Shown: positions 60,740 to 64,000 of the stretch, piece by piece
Layout of the letters: each line of letters begins with the position of its first letter
Position numbering within the stretch: the first letter of the stretch is position 1
NCBI GenBank assembly: GCA_965200785.1
Contig: CBDAVA010000003.1
Location: 1,978,241-2,042,240, forward strand
Source: Alphaproteobacteria bacterium
GTDB lineage: Bacteria; Pseudomonadota; Alphaproteobacteria; Bin95
Direction: 5' to 3'
Length of the DNA: 64,000 nucleotides
Notes under the pieces: generated by a model
The model's input: the letters and a program-made list of their open reading frames with translations, nothing else
What the model was told of the DNA's origin: nothing
The model's database searches: none
Position numbers and translations under genes: made by a program

Positions 60740-62797
60740 TTACGGATCGCGGGCGGAGCCGCCGCCCGTGAGGATTTTCGGGCGGAAGGGGTAGAGCGCG
60801 CCGTCGGAGCCGATGCCGGGAATCGGGCGCACCGGCGCGCCGTCATGCGCGGCCTCCATGAAGTCGCGCCAGATGCGGGCGGGCAGGCTGCCGCCTGTGA
60901 CCTCCTCCATCGGCGCGCCGTCGTCATTGCCGACCCACACGCCGGCGACCAGATTGCCGGTAAAGCCGACAAAGAGGGCGTCGCGGAAGGACTGGCTGGT
61001 GCCGGTCTTGCCTGCCGAGGCGCGGTCCTGCAGGCGGGCGGCCTTGCCGGTGCCCTGCCTGACGACGGCGGCCAGCATATCGTTCATGGACGCCACGACG
61101 CCGGGGGCCACAGCTTCGCCGGCGCCGGTGCCGGACCGCTCGAACACGCCTTCGATCCTGTTGACGCCATAGGGAATGACGCCGATGCCGCCATTCGCGA
61201 AGGCGGCGTAGGCGCCGGTTAACTCGATCAGCCGCACCGCGCTGGAGCCGAGCGCAATGGTGAGGTCGGGCGCGAGGTCGGATGTGATCCCGAGACGCCG
61301 TGCCGCCTCGGCGACCCGCGCCCGCCCGGCGCGGTCGGCAAGCCGCACCGCGGCGGCGTTCAGGGATTGCGCAAAGGCGTCCCGCATCGTGACCGAGCCG
61401 TGGAAGCGGCCGTCGAAATTATCCGGCGACCATCCGCCTATCGTGACGCGCCTGTCCGATACCGTGTCGTCCGGGCGCAAGCCCCGCTCCAGCGCCGCCA
61501 GATAAACAAACGGCTTGAAGGCCGAACCCGGCTGACGGAGAGCCTGTGTCGCGCGGTTGAACTGGCTGGCGCCGTAGTCCCTGCCGCCGATCATGGCCCG
61601 CACGGCGCCGTCGGGAGACATGGCAATGAGCGCCGCCTGGGCCGGGTTCCCGATGTCGGCGAGCGCGGCAGCAACAGTTTCCGCCGCGAGTCTCTGCAGG
61701 CCCGGATCGAAGGTTGTCGCGATACGCAGGTCCCGGTCCACCGATCCCATGCGCCGATGCACCTGCGCGAGCGCCCAGTCGGCGAAATAGCCGCGCCCGT
61801 CCGGCTCCGTCCTGGTCTGCAAGGTGGATGCCGCCGCCGCTTCGGCTTCTTGGGCGGAGATGAAACCGACCTCCGCCATTGCCTCCAGCACCAGCCGCCC
61901 CCGCTCGCCGGCGCCGGCCGGGTTGGCCACCGGAGACAGCCGGCTCGGCGCCTTCAACAACCCGGCCAGCACTGCGGCTTCCCAAAGATCGACCTCCGCG
62001 GCCGGTTTGGAAAAGAAGCGCCGCGCAGCCGCATCAACACCATAGGCGCCGGAGCCGAAATAGACGCGGTTGAGGTAGAGCGACAGGATATGATTCTTGT
62101 CGTAACGCCATTCCAACCAGAATGCGAGCAAGGCCTCGCGAATCTTCCGCTCGACCGATCGTTCCGGCGTCAGGAAAAGGTTCTTGGCGAGCTGCTGGGT
62201 AATCGTGCTGCCGCCCTGGCGCAGCCCTCCCTCGACGACATTGACCCAAAGGGCGCGAACCAGGCTGATCAGGTCGATACCATCATGGTCGTAGAAGCGC
62301 CGGTCCTCGATCGCGATGACTGCGCGGGGAAGATGAGGGGGAAGCGTTGCCGCATTCACCGGGTCGCCATACAGGTCGCCCTTCGCCAGCACCGGATTGT
62401 TGTCAACATCGTTGAGAAAGATGCCCGGACGCCGCCCGCTTTCCGCCACCCGGTCGATATCGGGCAATGTGTAGGAAAAATAGGCCAGCGCCCCGATAAC
62501 GGCGATCAGGGCCCAGACGCAGACGACTGCCAGGCCGAGCAGGCAGCGCCGCAGGAAAGACCGCCGCGCGCCGGCTGCGGAGGCAGACCGCTTCCGCTTG
62601 GGGGCCGGGCGCCCGGCCTTCCGCGCCGGCGGTGTCTTTGGGGGGGCTTTCTTTTGAAGTTTTCGCTCAGGCGAACGCCGTGCTTGCGAGGCCGGTTCCG
62701 GCTTGCCGGCTGCGCCGGCGCGCAGCCGCGGCATGCCCCGCCGCCGTCCGGCGGCCCCGCCGCCCCGTTTTTCGCCTCCGCGCGCCATCGCCGTCAT
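60740..62797 (-). CDS. class A penicillin-binding protein (PBP1A family; glycosyltransferase + transpeptidase)
   Basis: GT51 motifs (EDRRFYDHDGID, GGSTITQQLAKN, RKIREA) and a transpeptidase domain (SxxK, KTGT). It has a basic Ala/Lys/Arg/Pro-rich N-terminal extension; the true start is probably MPRLRAG or later. Confidence 0.8.
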   Translation of the reverse strand: MTAMARGGEKRGGGAAGRRRGMPRLRAGAAGKPEPASQARRSPERKLQKKAPPKTPPARKAGRPAPKRKRSASAAGARRSFLRRCLLGLAVVCVWALIAVIGALAYFSYTLPDIDRVAESGRRPGIFLNDVDNNPVLAKGDLYGDPVNAATLPPHLPRAVIAIEDRRFYDHDGIDLISLVRALWVNVVEGGLRQGGSTITQQLAKNLFLTPERSVERKIREALLAFWLEWRYDKNHILSLYLNRVYFGSGAYGVDAAARRFFSKPAAEVDLWEAAVLAGLLKAPSRLSPVANPAGAGERGRLVLEAMAEVGFISAQEAEAAAASTLQTRTEPDGRGYFADWALAQVHRRMGSVDRDLRIATTFDPGLQRLAAETVAAALADIGNPAQAALIAMSPDGAVRAMIGGRDYGASQFNRATQALRQPGSAFKPFVYLAALERGLRPDDTVSDRRVTIGGWSPDNFDGRFHGSVTMRDAFAQSLNAAAVRLADRAGRARVAEAARRLGITSDLAPDLTIALGSSAVRLIELTGAYAAFANGGIGVIPYGVNRIEGVFERSGTGAGEAVAPGVVASMNDMLAAVVRQGTGKAARLQDRASAGKTGTSQSFRDALFVGFTGNLVAGVWVGNDDGAPMEEVTGGSLPARIWRDFMEAAHDGAPVRPIPGIGSDGALYPFRPKILTGGGSARDP

Positions 62798-62825
62798 ATA
62801 GGCGAAAACGCCGGACCGCTGCTAG

Positions 62826-64000
62826 CCCGGATTTCTCACAATGTTGAGTGCATCGGGGTTCTGCATATGAGAAAGTTCTTTTGCGACAAAGGCTTGATCA
62901 TATGCAGAGGGGTTCCCCGATGCCGGCAGAGTGTAGTCTGGGAGCGATGCGTTTTGCACGCCTTAAAGGGCGCGAGGTTGTAGCTGATTTTGGCGGTGGT
63001 GTGCTGACGTCGAACACCGGCGCGTTGCTGCTGGGGGCGACGGACCGGGCGATCGGTCTGGTGGACCGGTTTGCGGCGTGCTTTTCGGATGGCCGCACTG
63101 CGGATCGTGTTGTGCACGATGTTGCGACCCTGGTGGGCCAGCGCGTGTTTGCCATTGCGCTGGGCTACGAGGACCTGCTGGATCACGACGAGTTGCGCCA
63201 CGATCCGGCGCTGGGTGTGGCGCTTGGCCGGCTTGAGGGGCGCCGTCGGGACTGTGCGCCGCTGGCCGGCAAATCGACGCTGAACCGTCTGGAGCACGCG
63301 CCCGAGGGCGCGCATCGCTATCGCCGCATCGGCCACGACGCCGGCGCGATTGAGGCGTTGTTCGTCGATCAGTTTCTCGACGCTCATGAGCAGGCGCCGG
63401 CGCGTCTGGTGCTTGATCTGGACGCCACTGACGACCCGCTGCACGGGCGTCAGGAGGGGCGGTTCTTCCACGGTTACTACGATTGCTACTGCTATCTGCC
63501 GCTCTACATTTTCTGCGGCGACCATCTCCTGGCGGCAAAGCTGCGGCGGGCGAATAGTGACGCCAGCGCCGGCGCGCTGGAGGAGGTGGCGCGTATTGTC
63601 GGGCAGATCCGCGCCCGCTGGCCGGCAGTGGAGATCGTGCTGCGCGCAGATTCGGGCTTCGCCCGCGAGGCCCTGATGGCGTGGTGCGAGGACAATGGCG
63701 TCGATTATGTCTTCGGTCTGGCACGCAACGCGCGCCTGACGGCCCGCCTGCACCCGGCCCTGGAGCGGGCCGGGGCGCGCTGGCGCAAGAGCGGCCAGCC
63801 GGCCCGCCTGTTCACCGAGTTCCGCTATCGCACCCTGAAGACATGGTCGCGCCAGCGCCGTGTCGTCGGCAAAGCCGAGTGGCTCCCGGGCGGCGCCAAC
63901 CCGCGCTTCCTCGTCACCTCGCTGAACCCGACCACCATCGACCGGCGGACCCTCTACGAAAAACTCTACTGCGCCAGAGGCGACATGGAGAACCGCATCA
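62826..64000 (+). mobile_element. IS1380-family insertion sequence, copy 2 (truncated by window end)
   Basis: It is more than 99% identical to 13073-14247. The same left inverted repeat CCCGGATTTCTCAC is preceded by CTAG (62822-62825). Only a few substitutions relative to copy 1 were seen. Confidence 0.8.
62848..64000 (+). CDS. IS1380-family transposase (5' portion, runs off window)
   Basis: The same GTG-initiated ORF as 13095-14537 (MHRGSAYEKVLL...). It is not listed in the ORF track because no stop lies within the window. Confidence 0.7.
   Translation, partial: MHRGSAYEKVLLRQRLDHMQRGSPMPAECSLGAMRFARLKGREVVADFGGGVLTSNTGALLLGATDRAIGLVDRFAACFSDGRTADRVVHDVATLVGQRVFAIALGYEDLLDHDELRHDPALGVALGRLEGRRRDCAPLAGKSTLNRLEHAPEGAHRYRRIGHDAGAIEALFVDQFLDAHEQAPARLVLDLDATDDPLHGRQEGRFFHGYYDCYCYLPLYIFCGDHLLAAKLRRANSDASAGALEEVARIVGQIRARWPAVEIVLRADSGFAREALMAWCEDNGVDYVFGLARNARLTARLHPALERAGARWRKSGQPARLFTEFRYRTLKTWSRQRRVVGKAEWLPGGANPRFLVTSLNPTTIDRRTLYEKLYCARGDMENRI

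Noticed and set aside
61367-62983. 538-aa + strand ORF
   Set aside because: It is antisense to the PBP1A gene and runs into the IS inverted repeat. It ends with the same IS-derived peptide (LARISHNVECIG...) as the cas9 N-fragment, showing it is a read-through artefact.

Overview
This is a high-GC, alphaproteobacterial-type chromosomal window. The conserved backbone runs ntrY(3' end)-ntrX-trkA-dat-HAD-hfq-hflX, then recG (-), sdhE and mfd. A second conserved block is the envelope/translation cluster rpsB-tsf-pyrH-frr-uppS-cdsA-dxr-rseP-bamA-skp-fabZ-lpxA-lpxI. Between the two blocks lies a type II-C CRISPR-Cas locus: a tracrRNA-like anti-repeat, cas9, cas1, cas2 and a 36-bp-repeat/30-bp-spacer array of 19 canonical plus 2 degenerate repeats. 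Its cas9 is split by a 1.64-kb IS1380-family insertion flanked by a 4-bp CTAG duplication, and in-silico excision restores the reading frame. A second, near-identical copy of the same IS sits at the window end, about 25 bp upstream of a PBP1A gene. After lpxI the usual lpxB is replaced by a roughly 20-kb accessory metabolic region. That region holds two thiolase-like/DUF35 pairs, an NDP-forming acyl-CoA synthetase, a TAXI-TRAP transporter, an amidase, a Pot-like ABC transporter, several TPP enzymes and a low-GC YbjN-like gene. The most unusual element is a 2.4-kb tandem array (53.9-56.3 kb) of four paralogous genes. Each encodes a small N-terminally membrane-anchored protein built from variable numbers of 7/11-residue KRID(E/G)V(RSDLG) repeats followed by a conserved C-terminus. 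The copies differ by repeat number and by synonymous substitutions. Many long reverse-strand ORFs in the track are GC-driven shadows of real genes and were not annotated.
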